Shown here: one piece after another, positions 24,885-37,507 of the stretch
Position numbering within the stretch: the first letter of the stretch is position 1
Layout: each line of letters starts with the position of its first letter
The notes under the pieces: model-generated
Told to the model about the DNA's origin: nothing
Seen by the model: only the letters and a program-made list of their open reading frames with translations
Database searches by the model: none
Position numbers and translations under genes: made by a program
From: Felis catus
Taxonomy: Eukaryota
DNA: 64,000 nt
Reading direction: 5' to 3'
NCBI RefSeq assembly: GCF_018350175.1
Contig: NC_058369.1
Location: 24,678,001-24,742,000 of the forward strand

Positions 24885-25152
24885 AGTGTTTTTTCCCAAG
24901 AGTCAAAGTCCATTCCATGGAATGCTAGTCCCATTAGATGCTCCTGGAAGAGGAGCTAGACACCATAAACCTTTCTCAGAGATTCCCATTACAAATTAGC
25001 AAATAAAAGGTTCTGAGCAAGTGAAGTCCTGCAGTATAGAAACCTATCTGTATTTAATTCAGTGCTTCCTAGTTATTGGTCCATTGAATCCTTTTATCCT
25101 TTAACACTCATAAATCCCAGAAGCTACTGTTCCAGGGAACATACTTTGGGAC
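24885..25152. mobile_element. hAT-Charlie-type DNA transposon fossil
   Basis: Termini 'cagtgtttttcccaa' and 'ggaacatactttggga'. Confidence 0.5.
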
Positions 25153-25340
25153 AATTGTTCTCAAATTGTTATACTCCTCAGAGTCACCTGTAGAGCTTGA
25201 TAAGACACAGATCTCTCAGTCATGCCCCCAGAATTTCTGGTCCAGTAGGTCTAGGGTGGGGTCCAAGAATTTGCATTTCTAACAAGTTTCTAAGTGATAC
25301 CAACGCTGCTGATTCAGGAACCATATTTTGAGAACCACTA
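25153..25340. mobile_element. MER5A DNA transposon fossil
   Basis: 'ttctcaaa...agagtcacctgtagagctt...agtaggtctagggtggggtccaagaatttgcatttctaacaagtt...tttgagaaccact'. Confidence 0.85.
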
Positions 25341-25649
25341 CTTTGAGACTTGTAGAATTCATTTCAGTCATAACTCTGGGCTGTCAAAATCCACGGCAGT
25401 CATAGAATGTTAGATCTCAGATGGAACTTGCATTCACTTATCCAACCAATATTAATTAGGCACCAACTATTTGTAAGGCACTAGAGTTGGCAGTTGGAAT
25501 GAGTGGAAAAACAATGGCATGTTATCCATTCTCTCAGAACTCACAGTATAGTAGAGAAAAATAGATAGAAATAAACATGATTGTAAATTGTTATAAGAAG
25601 AACAATGAAGGAGGACATAATGGGGAGAGATTAGCATAGGTATTTAGAT

Positions 25650-26085
25650 TAGGTTGCTCAGATAAATCAAATATGGCCACAAAGTCATTGTAGCTCTTTC
25701 CAACAAAAGGCATAATCTATCTTCCTTTCCTTTGAATCTGGCTGTCCTTGTGACCTACTCTGGCCCACAGAATGTGGCAGAAGAGGTGATATGCATGTTC
25801 CAGAGTCTAGGCATCCAGAAGCCCTCAGCTTCCATTCTTACCCTCTTGCAACCCTGAAACCACCATACCATGAAAAAGCCGGAATGAAAGACCATGTGGA
25901 TAAGGTAAGGCCCGCTGCCCCAGCTGAGCCCGGCCCCAAGTCAACCTGTGAGCCCCAAGAGTGACCCCAGGAAATACCAGCAGAAGAACCATTCAGCCAA
26001 TCTACATAATCATGAGAAATGATAAATATACGTCGTCTTAAGCCACTAAGTTTTAAGGTGCTTTGGTATGTAGCAGTAGAAGCAA
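25650..26085 (+). mobile_element. MaLR LTR (MLT1F/G-like)
   Basis: 'aatatggccac...ctttgaatctgg...cagaatgtggcagaag...taagccactaagttttaaggtgctttggtatgtagcagtaga'. Confidence 0.75.
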
Positions 26086-26269
26086 TTGAGGATCTTGCAA
26101 GAACTCCGTGAGTTGGTCATTTAGGCTGAAGAATAAGTAGGAGTTGGGAAGACAAAGCTCAGAGTAGAGACAGCATTCCAGACTGAGGATTTTAGTCTTA
26201 GGGCAGGATGGGCAGCTCTCAGCTTCTCCAATAGCTTAAGGGAGGCATCTATAGGAGGGGATAAATTGA

Positions 26270-26730
26270 AAGAGGTAATAGATGCTGTGATAAGTCATCC
26301 AGATACTCTTTCTGCTTCAAGACTGAAGCACTCAATCCCCTGGCTTCTCCTGGCAATGATGACTGATGGTACTCATCTGATCCTTCTCTGGGAATCCACT
26401 TTGGCTGAAAAGAGGAGCCTAGCCTAAGATCATGGCCCTCCTTGGGGCAGCTTGCATCCAGTGGCAAGTCTACACGTGTTTGGGAGAATGGGGGGCAGGT
26501 GTCAGTATAAAGGCCCTGTTCCTTACTGTAGCAAGTGGGATACCTCCAGGACTTCCTGTGAAATCAGCTGAGGCCTATGTTGTGACTGCATCACAGTTCA
26601 ACTTCTCCTCCAGTCTGATCCTGCTTTCCTCACCTCCCCTCTGTGTCGATTCCATATGTGTCCCCAATAAAATTCCTGCAGGCAAATCTCCATCTCAGAA
26701 TCTGCTTCCTTGGAAACCCAGGCCACAGCT
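26270..26730 (+). mobile_element. ERVL LTR (LTR16-like)
   Basis: 3' end 'cccaataaaattcctgcaggcaaatctccatctcagaatctgcttccttggaaaccca'. Confidence 0.65.
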
Positions 26731-26894
26731 GGGAAGGGCATTTGGGGGGACAATTTCAGTAACACAAGTGAAAGAAGAGAGCTTCAACTAGCATAGCAGC
26801 TTTGGGAATAGAGATAAGCAGATCAATGTGAAATATGTGGTCATTTGAAAGATGGGGTCATAGAAAGCAAGACAGGATCACTAGCAGTACCATG

Positions 26895-27092
26895 GCTACC
26901 CATATTAGAGCCTAGGCAGAAGGAAAAACCAGTAATACTGATCCTGTCTTTATTTAAATATGGGTATTTTGTTAATCATAGGTATTTTACATGAATTTTG
27001 ATTTTTAATAATATTATTTATTTTTGTCGCCGAGTTTTTTTGGCATCCCCTTAACTTTTACACCTCCCTCACACACACTTGTCTTGGCCCTG
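26895..27092 (-). mobile_element. hAT fossil (MER96B-like)
   Basis: 'cagtaatactgatcctgtctttatttaaa...' ending 'tcttggccctg'. Confidence 0.6.
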
Positions 27093-27271
27093 AAAGTGTG
27101 TGCTGTCCTAAGACACTAAGTTTTGGAATAATTTGTTACACAGCAATAGTTAACTAGTATAACAACTATCAGTCCTTTGGAAATTTACCTGATCTCTTAA
27201 AGCCTCAGTTTCTTAATCTGTGAAACAGGGATAATATCATATTTCACCAAGTTATTATGAAAGTTAAATGA

Positions 27272-27477
27272 AGGGCACCTGGGTGGCTCAGTGGGTTGAG
27301 AGTCTGACTCTTGGTTTTGCCTCAGGTCATGACCTCACAGTTCGTAGGTCCAAGCCCCACATTTGTTTCTCTGCTGACAGCATGGAGCCTGCTTGGGATT
27401 CTCTCTCCTTCTCTCCCTGCCCCTCCCCAGCTCATTCTTTCTCTGTCTCAAAATAAATAAATAAACTTAATAAAAAA
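27272..27477 (+). mobile_element. CanSINE in a MIR
   Basis: SINE head and tail; TSD gaaagtta(a/c)atga. Confidence 0.95.
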
Positions 27478-27819
27478 GAAAGTTACATGAAATATTTCAG
27501 GCAAAGCCTTTAGCATGACTGTCACATAGCATTTCAATGTATACACAATAATCATCAACAGAATCTTAAGAGTTAGATCCTGATTTTAAGACCCTAGAGT
27601 AATATTAATCTTTTTTTTTTAGAACACTGATGAGAATTTCCTGTTCTGTTTCTTAAATAAGTTTTCTAGTTTTCTCTATTTACTTTTTTAAAAGCAATCT
27701 TTATGAGCATGAGTCTAGAAGTTTAAAAATGAGGGGTGAAGTCTAAGTTGCCTCAGAGCAAACTGGTAGTGCTTGCTGTTCCAAATGGAAACAAGGCATC
27801 ATGAGGTACTGTCTTAATT

Positions 27820-28030
27820 ACTTGTTAGCATTTATTGAATACTCATGAAGTGTTAGGGCACTGGAGCAAGCACATCACATACATTATGTCATTTAATCCT
27901 CCAGGGCCACCTACAAAGCAAGCATTCCCCAGTCCCCAAAGTTATTCCCCATTTTACAGATAAGTGAACTAAGGGAGACATAGAGAAGGTAAGCCATTTG
28001 CCCAAGGGCACAGCTAGAAGGCATTCACCC
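27820..28030 (-). mobile_element. MIR
   Basis: 'atttattgaatactc...cccattttacagataagtgaactaagg...ttgcccaagg'. Confidence 0.7.
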
Positions 28031-28252
28031 CCAGCACTAGGGCTCCTAAGGGCTCCACAGTTTGTGTGCAATTTGCAAGTGGAAGTACTTCTCTCCCTTC
28101 CATCTGTGCCCTTGCTTGGGCAAATCGCCTTTCCACTGCCCACTGCAAAAATCACATCAGGTTATGCTCACCCAAAATAATATGGGTGTTTCATCCCTTA
28201 GGAGTTAGCCCTTTCAAGGATTTCTCTATTCATAATAAGAATTGTAGGCTGA

Positions 28253-28265
28253 TGCTGAGTCAGCA
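28253..28265. promoter_or_regulatory. Perfect palindromic T-MARE (Maf/CNC-sMaf site)
   Basis: TGCTGAGTCAGCA, exact match to the TGCTGA(G/C)TCAGCA consensus, in non-repeat DNA; motif only. Confidence 0.55.
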
Positions 28266-30176
28266 TGTTGAGTCTTACTGGTATCCCCGCTTCTGTATGA
28301 ATAACAGCATGTGCTGAGTAAGAGGTTTGGAGTTCCTTTAATTCCCTTCCTGTGGCTTTTGCCTCAAGAATTGGCTCGCTCTGCTGCTGGAGCCTGATAT
28401 GCCAGCACAACACAGCAGACTTCTTGGGTTGCAGGACTCTAATTTTTTCAGTACCTTATGGTCTCTTTTGCCCTTGAACTACAGATATTGACTTTTCCCT
28501 TTAATGCACATTACCTCGAGAAATTCAAGGCCAAAGAAAAACATGCCACAAGGCCTGCCTCTGTAGGAATTAGAATCAAGTAGGAAATGGGAGAGATTGT
28601 AAGATTGTATATAGGCCACATTTGTTCCCACAAGTCCAGATTGCCTGAGCATCGCCGGAACAACTCCCTGCACAGCTGGAGGGCTTATCTTGAAGAGACA
28701 CAATACACTCAGAAACATCTGGATTTTTTACTTTTTTGAAAAAAATCTGAAGTCTGATGTCCAGAAGACACAGTATTACATTTTTATCCTTTATATTTAT
28801 TAAAATAAAACATCTTTTGGGAGGAAGGATCATTGTATCAATGCAGGTGATTATGTATTTGCTAAGTGCATATTAGTTTGCTAAACACCTATCATTTATC
28901 TTTTGTTCCAAAGTTTCCAGGAGTTTAAAATCAGATCCAACTGAAAATGGATGCCCCTCTAAAGAAGGCATAAATATCTTAATCCAAGAAAACAAAACCC
29001 TTGACCTTCTGAGTTACAGAAATCCTAGAAACTGGTAGAAGCTTATGTGCTACACGATCTGCATAAAAAGGGGAAAAGGAATTATTTATTTATGCACATT
29101 GAGGGTCAATTTGGCTTGATCAGTTCATCCCACATTGTCAAGAATGTTTATCAAGCACTCTTCCTGAAAGGTCTCTGCCAGCTGGAGATTTCTCTAACCT
29201 AATATTCATAGAATCTTATACTTGGACAGGCTTTTTGAGGTTGTCTCATCAAACACTTTCCTAGTGCAGAGCTTCCCCCCCTGACATTCCTGACAAATGG
29301 TCTACAGATGCAGGTATACTTCCAGCACCATCTCCCCTAGCAAGCATCCCTGACCTCCATAAGAACTCGTTGCTGTTCCCACTGAGTCTCTGGAACACGT
29401 TCTACATCACAAATGCTATCATTATAATGATCACCATAAGACCTGCAACTTATTGAGCACATACTATGCACCAGGCAGTATAGCATCTAATGTGACACAA
29501 TAACCCTGCATAATAGACATAATCACCCCCATATTTCACATAGGAAGTGGGGTAAACTTGCCCTCTAGTAATGTGTTCAAGGTCACAAAGCCAGAAAGTG
29601 ATAGAGATATGTCAAGTATGAGGGGTTTTGAGCATGTACCCCCACTTTCCCCTCCATGTAAACCCTCTTACATAATAGTTAACAGGTGATACTGGAATTA
29701 TTCTGTACTCATCTGTTCCCTCTTCATTGACTATAAACTTTTTGAAGACCAATATGGTGTCACTTTTCTTCCAATCTCCAGTCCCTACCACTGGGCCCAG
29801 CACATAGTAGGGACTCAATAAGCATTACGTATTGAGTAAGCCACTTCCCTGTAACTCTGTTTCTCCAAAGCCTCAAACCCTGATTCTAGATCACTTCCTT
29901 TATTCCACTCAAGTCACACTGATAGGGACTAATAATCAGGAAGCAAAATACATAATTTTAATGTAGATTAAAATTATTCAATCCAGTTATATTGATGAGA
30001 GCTCAAACTTGAAAGAGGTTCTGTATGCAGAAAAGTGTGATTATGTGGACATGTGTATTTAAAGCTGTTTTGCTTTTTATATTTGTTGGTAGAAATAGAA
30101 TGCATTAAGTCAGTGAAAGTGGGTGAATGTGAGAATTCAGCCGAGCCAAGGAAGAGACATGATAAAGAAGAGGCGT

Positions 30177-30355
30177 GGGGTGCCTGGGTGGCTCAGTTGG
30201 TTAAGCGTCTGACTTTGGCTCAGGTCATGATCTCATGGTTTGTGGGTTTAAGCCCTGCGTCAGGCTCTGTGCTGATAGCTCAGAGCTTGGAGACTGCTTT
30301 GGATTCTGTGCTTCCCTCTCTCTCTGTCCCTCCCCCACTTGCGCATGCACGCGCG

Positions 30356-30393
<38 letters not shown>

Positions 30394-30402
30394 AATAAAC
30401 AT
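30177..30402 (+). mobile_element. CanSINE
   Basis: SINE head, (CT)n; TSD taaagaagag. Confidence 0.95.
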
Positions 30403-31052
30403 TAAAGAAGAGCCTATATTTTTTTAATAACCTTGGGATTGCAGAAGAGGGAGAGGCACAGATAAGGAGTTTCGGAGCAATCCAAGCAGAAGGTGGAATC
30501 TGAGGTCATATGGAAAAGATTTGGGACTGGGAATAAAAGGTGGGGAAATGAGACCAACAGCTCGAGAACTTGTAGGCACATCTCATGTATTCTTGATATT
30601 ATCATCCCTGCATGAAAATCCATTCATGTGACTGTGAAGCAACAAATCTTCCTTTTATGGGTTGCTAACTACTGAGACAATGCATTGCCTTAATTGCTGT
30701 CCTCTTTCTTGCCTGCTCCAAAGATGCTAAATAGGAAGAGGATTAACATTCACCCCAAAAGGAGGCTACTCCTGTTTCATCATGGAAAGGTTCTTTGTCT
30801 CTTCTACCTTGTAGCACCTAAAGAAGGTAGGATACTCCCTTCCACTATACCTCCAACACTATCTCTGTCTCTATCCCTATCTCTGTCTCTGTCTCTATTT
30901 CTACTTGCATCTATCTCTCTAGCCCTTTACTTGTTCTAGTACCTGTTCCTTAAATTCTTTCGTCATTAATTTCTGTTTGTCAATACCTTATTGATCTTTC
31001 ATAGCACTCCTTTACTGGGAAGACTTTACTAACTGCACTAGCTCACACTGAC

Positions 31053-31428
31053 TGTTACAGACTGAGTTTTGTTCCCCAAAATTCCAATGTTGAAGCCCTA
31101 ACCTCCAATGTGACTGTGTTTAGAGATAGAGCATTTAAAGAGGTAATTGAGGTTAAATGAAGTCATAAGGATGGAGTCCTAATCCGATAGGACTAGTGTC
31201 CTTGTAAGAAGAGGAAAAGACACTAGGAGTGCAACACACAGAAAAAAAGCTATGTGAGGACACAGAGAAGGTGGTCATTGGCAAGCCAAGAAGAGAGACC
31301 TCAGGAGAACCCTGCCAACACCTTGATCTTGGACTTCCAGCCTGCAGAAAGGTGAGAAAATAAATTTATGTTGTTTAATCCACCCAGTCTTCAGTATTTT
31401 GTCATGGCAGCCTGAGCAGCCTAAGACA
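31053..31428 (+). mobile_element. MaLR solo LTR (MLT1A/B-like)
   Basis: TG...CA ends; 'tgttgaagccctaacctccaatgtgactgt', 'caccttgatcttggacttccagcct', 'aataaatttatgttgttt'. Confidence 0.85.
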
Positions 31429-33129
31429 CTTCCCTCTGGAGATTTTTGGTCTTCTATGTAGCCTGCCTCTTTGGTAGTTTACACTGGCTTGTCTTCAGTC
31501 TTTATATCAGATTTAAGTCTATTCTATTTACTGCTCCCTTGTTCTCACATTACTTCATCAAAATGTGTCTTATCTCCCAAAGCACATTATCAACTCATAG
31601 GGGGAAAAAATCAGGTTATGTAAGCATCTTTTATTCTAAAAGGCCTAGAGAGAAGATATAGAGTCTGGGCATTCAACAAATCTAACTTGCTTAAATAAGT
31701 GGTAATTAAAACACTTCCCTTAGTTACCAGCGATGTAACCTGGGATAAATTTACCCTCAGTTTTCACAGCTGTAAATGGGCAATAAATTTTATTTTTTAA
31801 ATATTATTTTTCTGAGATTGCAATGGGGATTAAATGAGATAAAATTGTTTGGCACATGGTAAGTGTTTCATTAAAAGAGAACTATTATCATTATTATTTT
31901 CTTCTGAAACCACATCTGGGAAAAGGAAAATGGTCTAATCCAGAAGACACAAAGTCACTGCAGATTCAGTTCTCTCCAGTGGATGAAGAACTATATTCCT
32001 CTTGCCTTTCACTTTTTCTTGTTTTGAAATGAGCCAGAGAGAATTTTACTGGTTGAAAGAGAAGAATAATGGAACCCAGGTTCCCTTTTCTTTCCACTGG
32101 CACTCCAAAATGGAATGCTTTTTGCCTCAGTAATGTTTTCTAGTCCCATTAGTTGTTATGTTTCAGTTTAAATAGCAATTTGACATGGCCAGAGCATCAA
32201 CTACAATATGCTCTATTTACAGAACGCATAAAATGTCAGGATGAAGAAATGTTAAAAGGTAAACTTACCAGTCCCTAGATGTAAAGGTTCTGGTTTTTGC
32301 TTTAACTTTCTAGTAATTCCAATGTCCTAAACATGATTCTGAACAGATTGTACAGAAAGACAGCTTAAATGTATTAAGATCTTATTAGAAAATTTTTAAT
32401 TTCCCACATGCAGATGAAGGTGTAATCTGTTATAGAATATCAGCCTTTGTGATGATTCACTCCCCCAACCCCACAGACACAAGTCAGAAGAATTATCCTA
32501 CAATTGTACAATTTGCAAAATTGATAAATCTGGGGACTTAGATTGTCTTTTATGAAGGATCTGTTGCAATACTCACCTTTAATTCACAATCTTTACAGAA
32601 GATTCCTTCTATGGCTGTCTCAGGAATCTTTCCAAAACTAAACAGACATCCCACTCTCCACTTCCTCACTGCCACTTCCAAAGTCAAGAGTTTAATCAAT
32701 ACTAATTGAACTTGGCATAAGGCAATTTACAAATTATTCTTATAAGTTGGCATGGACCCAAGCCTTGTTTTTCCAGAACTTGGATTCAATAGAGTAGCAC
32801 CTGAAACCTCACAGCCAAGAAGCCTTGGTGAGTGGCTTGTACAGCCTTAGCTGTTTTTTACCATAACCCTTGCAGAACGGACATGTGAGCTGATCTATTG
32901 AGCTGCCAAGGGACTTTTGTGATTTGATTTTTGGTGAGGAATTTTTAGTGTAATATCCATCTCCCTTTAAAACAGATTTCTGATAAAGTTTCTTGCTGGG
33001 GACCAAAGGGGGGAAAGAAAGACTAAAGAGAATCAAGTTCCCTAGGGCATTAAATACCAAACTTAAAATAATAAAATTTTAAAAAGATACAGACACAAGG
33101 AATGGTAATATATTCCACTTCGATATTTT

Positions 33130-33860
33130 GGTTTAAATAATTCCTTTTTATCTTTTTAAAAGTATACAATGACACATGCTCGTTGTATGTGTAAATAACA
33201 ATATAAATATGTATCAAACAAGAGAAGAGTCCCTCACCTTTCCCCTGGTATCCCAGTCTCTGAACAAAACCTACCATTAATATTTTAGTGTATGGCCTTC
33301 TAGATTCTTCTACCCATACATATTCAGATTTCTTTATCTAAATAAATTATATTATGTAGACCATTCTCTACTCTTGGTTTTTTAATCCAACAAAATGTTA
33401 TGGTTCTCTTTCCTTGACTATTCATATAAATCAACCTTAGTATCTGTGTACTAAAATTTCACCTGTCTCCTGCCAATAACATTTAGGTTGGTTCCAACTT
33501 TTTACCATAAGAAACAATGTTATAATGTCTGCATGATTGCAGTATGAAGATACTGCATACTTATTAATATTTCTCTAGGTTAAATACTTAATGTGGAATT
33601 ACTGGGCCCCCCAAAATACTCATTGATATTTTGATAGGTTCTGCCAAACTGCTCTCTAAAGGGCTGCAACAATTTAAATATTTTACTTTTAAGTAATCTC
33701 TACACCCAATGTGGGGCTCAACTCACAAGCCCAAGATCAAGAGTCACATGCTCTACCAACTGAACTAGTCAGACTCCCCAAGGGCTGCAAAAATTTAAAC
33801 TCTCAGGAGCATTATACATCCTTCACCAACTTTGAACACTGTAGACAGTTTTCATTTTAA
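33130..33860 (-). mobile_element. Ancient L1 (L1ME-like) fragment
   Basis: 'catttaggttggttccaactttt', 'tggaattactggg', 'ctgccaaactgctctctaaagggctgcaacaattta'. Confidence 0.6.
33680..33779 (-). mobile_element. Old short CanSINE (SINEC_old-like)
   Basis: 'aagtaatctctacacccaatgtggggctc...catgctctaccaactgaac'; TSD aagggctgcaa(c/a)aattta. Confidence 0.85.
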
Positions 33861-34376
33861 CTAAATTCTTATTTCCACATTTGTGTCCTTACAATGCAGG
33901 GCCTGGCTATCATTTACAAACTGTGTGACAAAAGAGTTTAAAGTTTGGGCTCTTTAAGTTATTTAAAGACAACAAAATCTTAAAAGCAAACCAAAACACT
34001 TATCTTCTTTTACTAGTCCATATCTTCTCCCAACTATTTGAGAACTAGGCAGAAATTCTTAGTCTCTTTTTCTAGGTGAAGCTTCCACTCCAAGTTTCTG
34101 GACTGCCAACCTCAACAGGATTTCTGATGGCAAAGGGTCCTCTCTTCTTGAGTGAGGATCATATTGAAATACAATCACTTGCCTACCCTTCCCTGACATG
34201 CTAGAGCTAATTCATGCTGGAATAACAGAGAGGACTAAAGAATTTAGTGCAATCCCATACTCTAGCCTAACTCCCAACACGTACTGACTCTCCTTCACAG
34301 AACTTGGTTAGTGGAGGCTTCAAGAGGCTTTCTAAATGTGGCAGTGTCACTCCAGTGAGCTACCCATCCTATCCAC

Positions 34377-34470
34377 TTCAGCACCTGGACAGCTCTCTCG
34401 GCACCACCTCTAGAGGGAGATCACGGTAAGCAGTTTGTTGAGCCCTCTAGTGGCAGCTTTAGTTGTTGCA
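34377..34470. promoter_or_regulatory. Candidate insulator module: RE1-like site + two CTCF motifs
   Basis: TTCAGCACC-T-GGACAGC 34377-34393; CCTCTAGAGGGAG (+) 34407-34419; GCTGCCACTAGAGGGC (-) 34442-34457; motif only. Confidence 0.55.
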
Positions 34471-34925
34471 CAACTGTTTTTTAATTACACAGGTGACACT
34501 CGAAGGCATTACTGTTATGCAGTAAGACCGAAGCATCTTAAGAATATAGAGAGTAAATATGAAAATGTCTATTACTCTCCCCACTCTCTCCCTTCTCAGA
34601 GATAAGCACTGATAATACATAACACACACATATACTTACCCACATCTTTTGTGTGTGTGTGAACTGATTCAGTCTAGACCCATTTGCTTTTATTTTCAGC
34701 AAATAGAATTCCTAGGAGATTTTTTTTATCTGAGAACACATGTCTCCTCACATTCATGGAAGACAGTATGAAGGAGTGGTTGAAAGTGTGTGTGCTGGAG
34801 ACAGACTGGTCATGAACCCTAACTCTGCCACTTCCTAATTGTCTGATGTTGGCCAACTCATTTAACTTCTTTGTGCCTCAGTTCACTCATCTGTAGAGCA
34901 GGGATAATAAAAATTCATATCCTAG

Positions 34926-35135
34926 CAGCGCCTGGGTGATTCAGTTGGTTAAGCGTCTGACTTCAGCTCAGGTTATGATCTCATGGTTCGTGAGTTCAAT
35001 CCCGCGTTGGGCTCTGTGCTGACAGCTCAGAGCCTGGAGCCTGCTTCAGATTGTGTCTCCCTTTCTCTCTGCCTCTCTCCCTGCTTGCACTCTGTCTCTC
35101 TCCCTCAAAAATAAATAAACATTTTTAAAAATTTT
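34926..35135 (+). mobile_element. CanSINE in a MIR (~34770-35215)
   Basis: TSD taaaaattcatatc(c/t)tag at 34908-34925 and 35136-35153. Confidence 0.95.
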
Positions 35136-36329
35136 TAAAAATTCATATCTTAGAGGGATTTTAGGGGAGAGAAATGATAACATACAGGTAAGAATTTAAT
35201 AACTCTTAGCTACCATTATTATTACTACTACTATTAATTTCATATTAACTGTAACATAGAATTCCATAGTATGGTTGTATCATAAATTATGTAATGGCCC
35301 TTTAACCAAAGGATATTTCTGTTGTTTTCTAGTTTTCCTCTACTGTAAGTGATGCTGTAATAAACACTGTAGTATGTATGTGTCTTTATGCTTACATGTA
35401 CATGATTCTTTAAGATCTATTCCCAGCATGAGAGTGAAAACTTTTCAGTTAACTTCCAAAGTCTCTGAGAGTCTACATCATTGATTGATTTGCACAGTGT
35501 TTCTGACAAAGAGAGAAACTGAGAAACAATTTCCCCTAGAGAGATGGTGTCAGTGTAGGCATAACAGCTACGAAGAAAAACACTGCAGGGGCAGTGCATA
35601 GAAGGGACTGAGGATCATAGGTGGGGTTACTCGACTTTAGATGGAGTGGTTAACAAAGACTTCTCTGTATGAATGAAATTAGCAAAGGGACCTGAATGAG
35701 GTAAAACAACAACAACAAAAACTGCTAAACATAGCAAATGGTTTATAAATATGTGGGACCAGGAAACAGTCCTGACTTTCTGGTCCTTTCTTTGCCTCCT
35801 CCAATGAAAGCAAACCTTGTATCCACTCCTCTACTCCTCCTACCTATCTATACATTGTCTTTATTTATCTTGGAGTTCTTCCCCATCCATCTTCCCCTAA
35901 CTTGAACATAATCATTTAGCTGACAGGACTTAATTTCTTATGTTTCAGAGTCCCCCAGCTTCTACCCAGATCAGGATCCTGCATTGTGCATTCTGTGGGC
36001 ACTCCAATGTTAACTGGCTGGGATGAGGCTGCTGTTAAAATTAATCCCTAAGGTTGCTATGCAACACAGCCCTTGGCCACTGGAACACACTCTACTCAGT
36101 GACATGAGAACATGAAAGGGGAAGCATTCAAATGTGTATTCTATGGGTGTCAATATTCTGAACAAAATGAGTCCTTCACTAAGACCTTGGGCTTTAGTCA
36201 AAGGAAAGTTATTTTTTGCTGGAGCAGTTTATTAGATGTGGGAGTTCATGTTTTTTAGTATGGGCCTAAAGGCATCCAAGGATTTATAGAACTTATTTTG
36301 CTCTAATGTATTTTGTTTTGGGTTTCAAT

Positions 36330-36883
36330 TGTACCAATTAGGATGCTTTTGGCTGCAAGAAAGGGAAACCAAATTTCAGCTTGCTTAAAATAAAGAAACT
36401 ATATAACTTCATTAAATAAGTCCAGAGGTGGCTGACTCCAGGATGATTTATTCAAAAGTTAAACAGCGTTGTCAACAATCAAGATTCTTTCTGTTTTTCT
36501 GCTTTTCTATCCTTAGCAAAACTCCTCAGCCTCCTCAGGCTGGCTTCTCTCAGTCCTGACATGGCCATGCTGTTCCAGGCACCATTGCAGCTATGACAAA
36601 AAAGGGGACTGTGCCTTACCGTGTGTCTCGAGACCTAGGAAAATTCAGAAACCCTCTGGACTTTTCACTTATTATTGGCTAGAACTGAGTCACAAATGCA
36701 TGTCTAAATCAACAACTGACAATAGAATGGGCTTACCAGTCCCATTCAGCACCCTTCAGGTGTTGCTGGCATCCAGTAGCATGGACATAGACTGGGCCCA
36801 TTTCTCACAGGAAAGTAGACATTTAAACCAAGTCAAGGTTCTATTGGAAAAGAAAGGGATGAAGATTGCTGGAGTTTGGGTAC
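36330..36883 (-). mobile_element. Old MaLR LTR (MLT1K-like)
   Basis: 'ttaggatgcttttggctgcaag...ataagtccagaggtggc...attggctagaactgagtcaca'. Confidence 0.65.
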
Positions 36884-37507
36884 TATGTTAGTTTGTGAAA
36901 GCTGCTATAACAAAATACCACTGTCTGGGCAACTTAAAAACAACACAAATTTATTTTCTCACAATTCTGGAAGCTGGAAGTCCAAGATCAAGTGTCGACA
37001 TAATCAGTTTCTTCTGAAGCCTCTCTCCTTGGCTTGTAGATGGCCATCTGTTGTCTTTCTATGTCATCATATGCTGTTCCCTCTGAACATGTCTGTGTCC
37101 AGATTTTCACTTCTTTTTCTTAATTTTTTTAATGTTTATTTATTTTTGAGAGAGAGAGAGAGAGAACAAGTGGGAGAAGGGCAGAGAGAGAGAGGGAGAC
37201 ACAGAATCTGAAGCAGGCTCCAGGCTCTGAGCTGTCAGCACAGTGCTCGAACCCACAAACCATGAGATCATGACCTGAGTTGAAGTCAGATGCTTACTAA
37301 CTGAGCCACCCAGGTGTTCCCACCTCCAGATTTCTACTTCTTATGAGGATACCAGTCATATTAGATTAGGGCCCCCCCCCCATGGCCTAATTTTAATTTA
37401 ATCATCTGTGTACAGACTCAGTCTCCAAATGCAATCACATTCTGAGGTCCTGGGGGTTAGGACTTCAACATATGAATTTTGGGTGGGACACAATTCAGCC
37501 CATAACA
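36884..37507 (-). mobile_element. MLT1A-like solo LTR interrupted by a CanSINE
   Basis: 'gctgctataacaaaatacca...ctggaagtccaagatcaag' through 'cacaattcagcccataaca'; TSD ggtac/gctac. Confidence 0.85.
37116..37321 (-). mobile_element. CanSINE
   Basis: TSD tccagattt..acttctt. Confidence 0.95.

Noticed and set aside
30341..30362. Alternating purine-pyrimidine CpG-rich tract (Z-DNA/NRF1-like)
   Set aside because: Part of the variable region of a SINE next to its (CT)n; short
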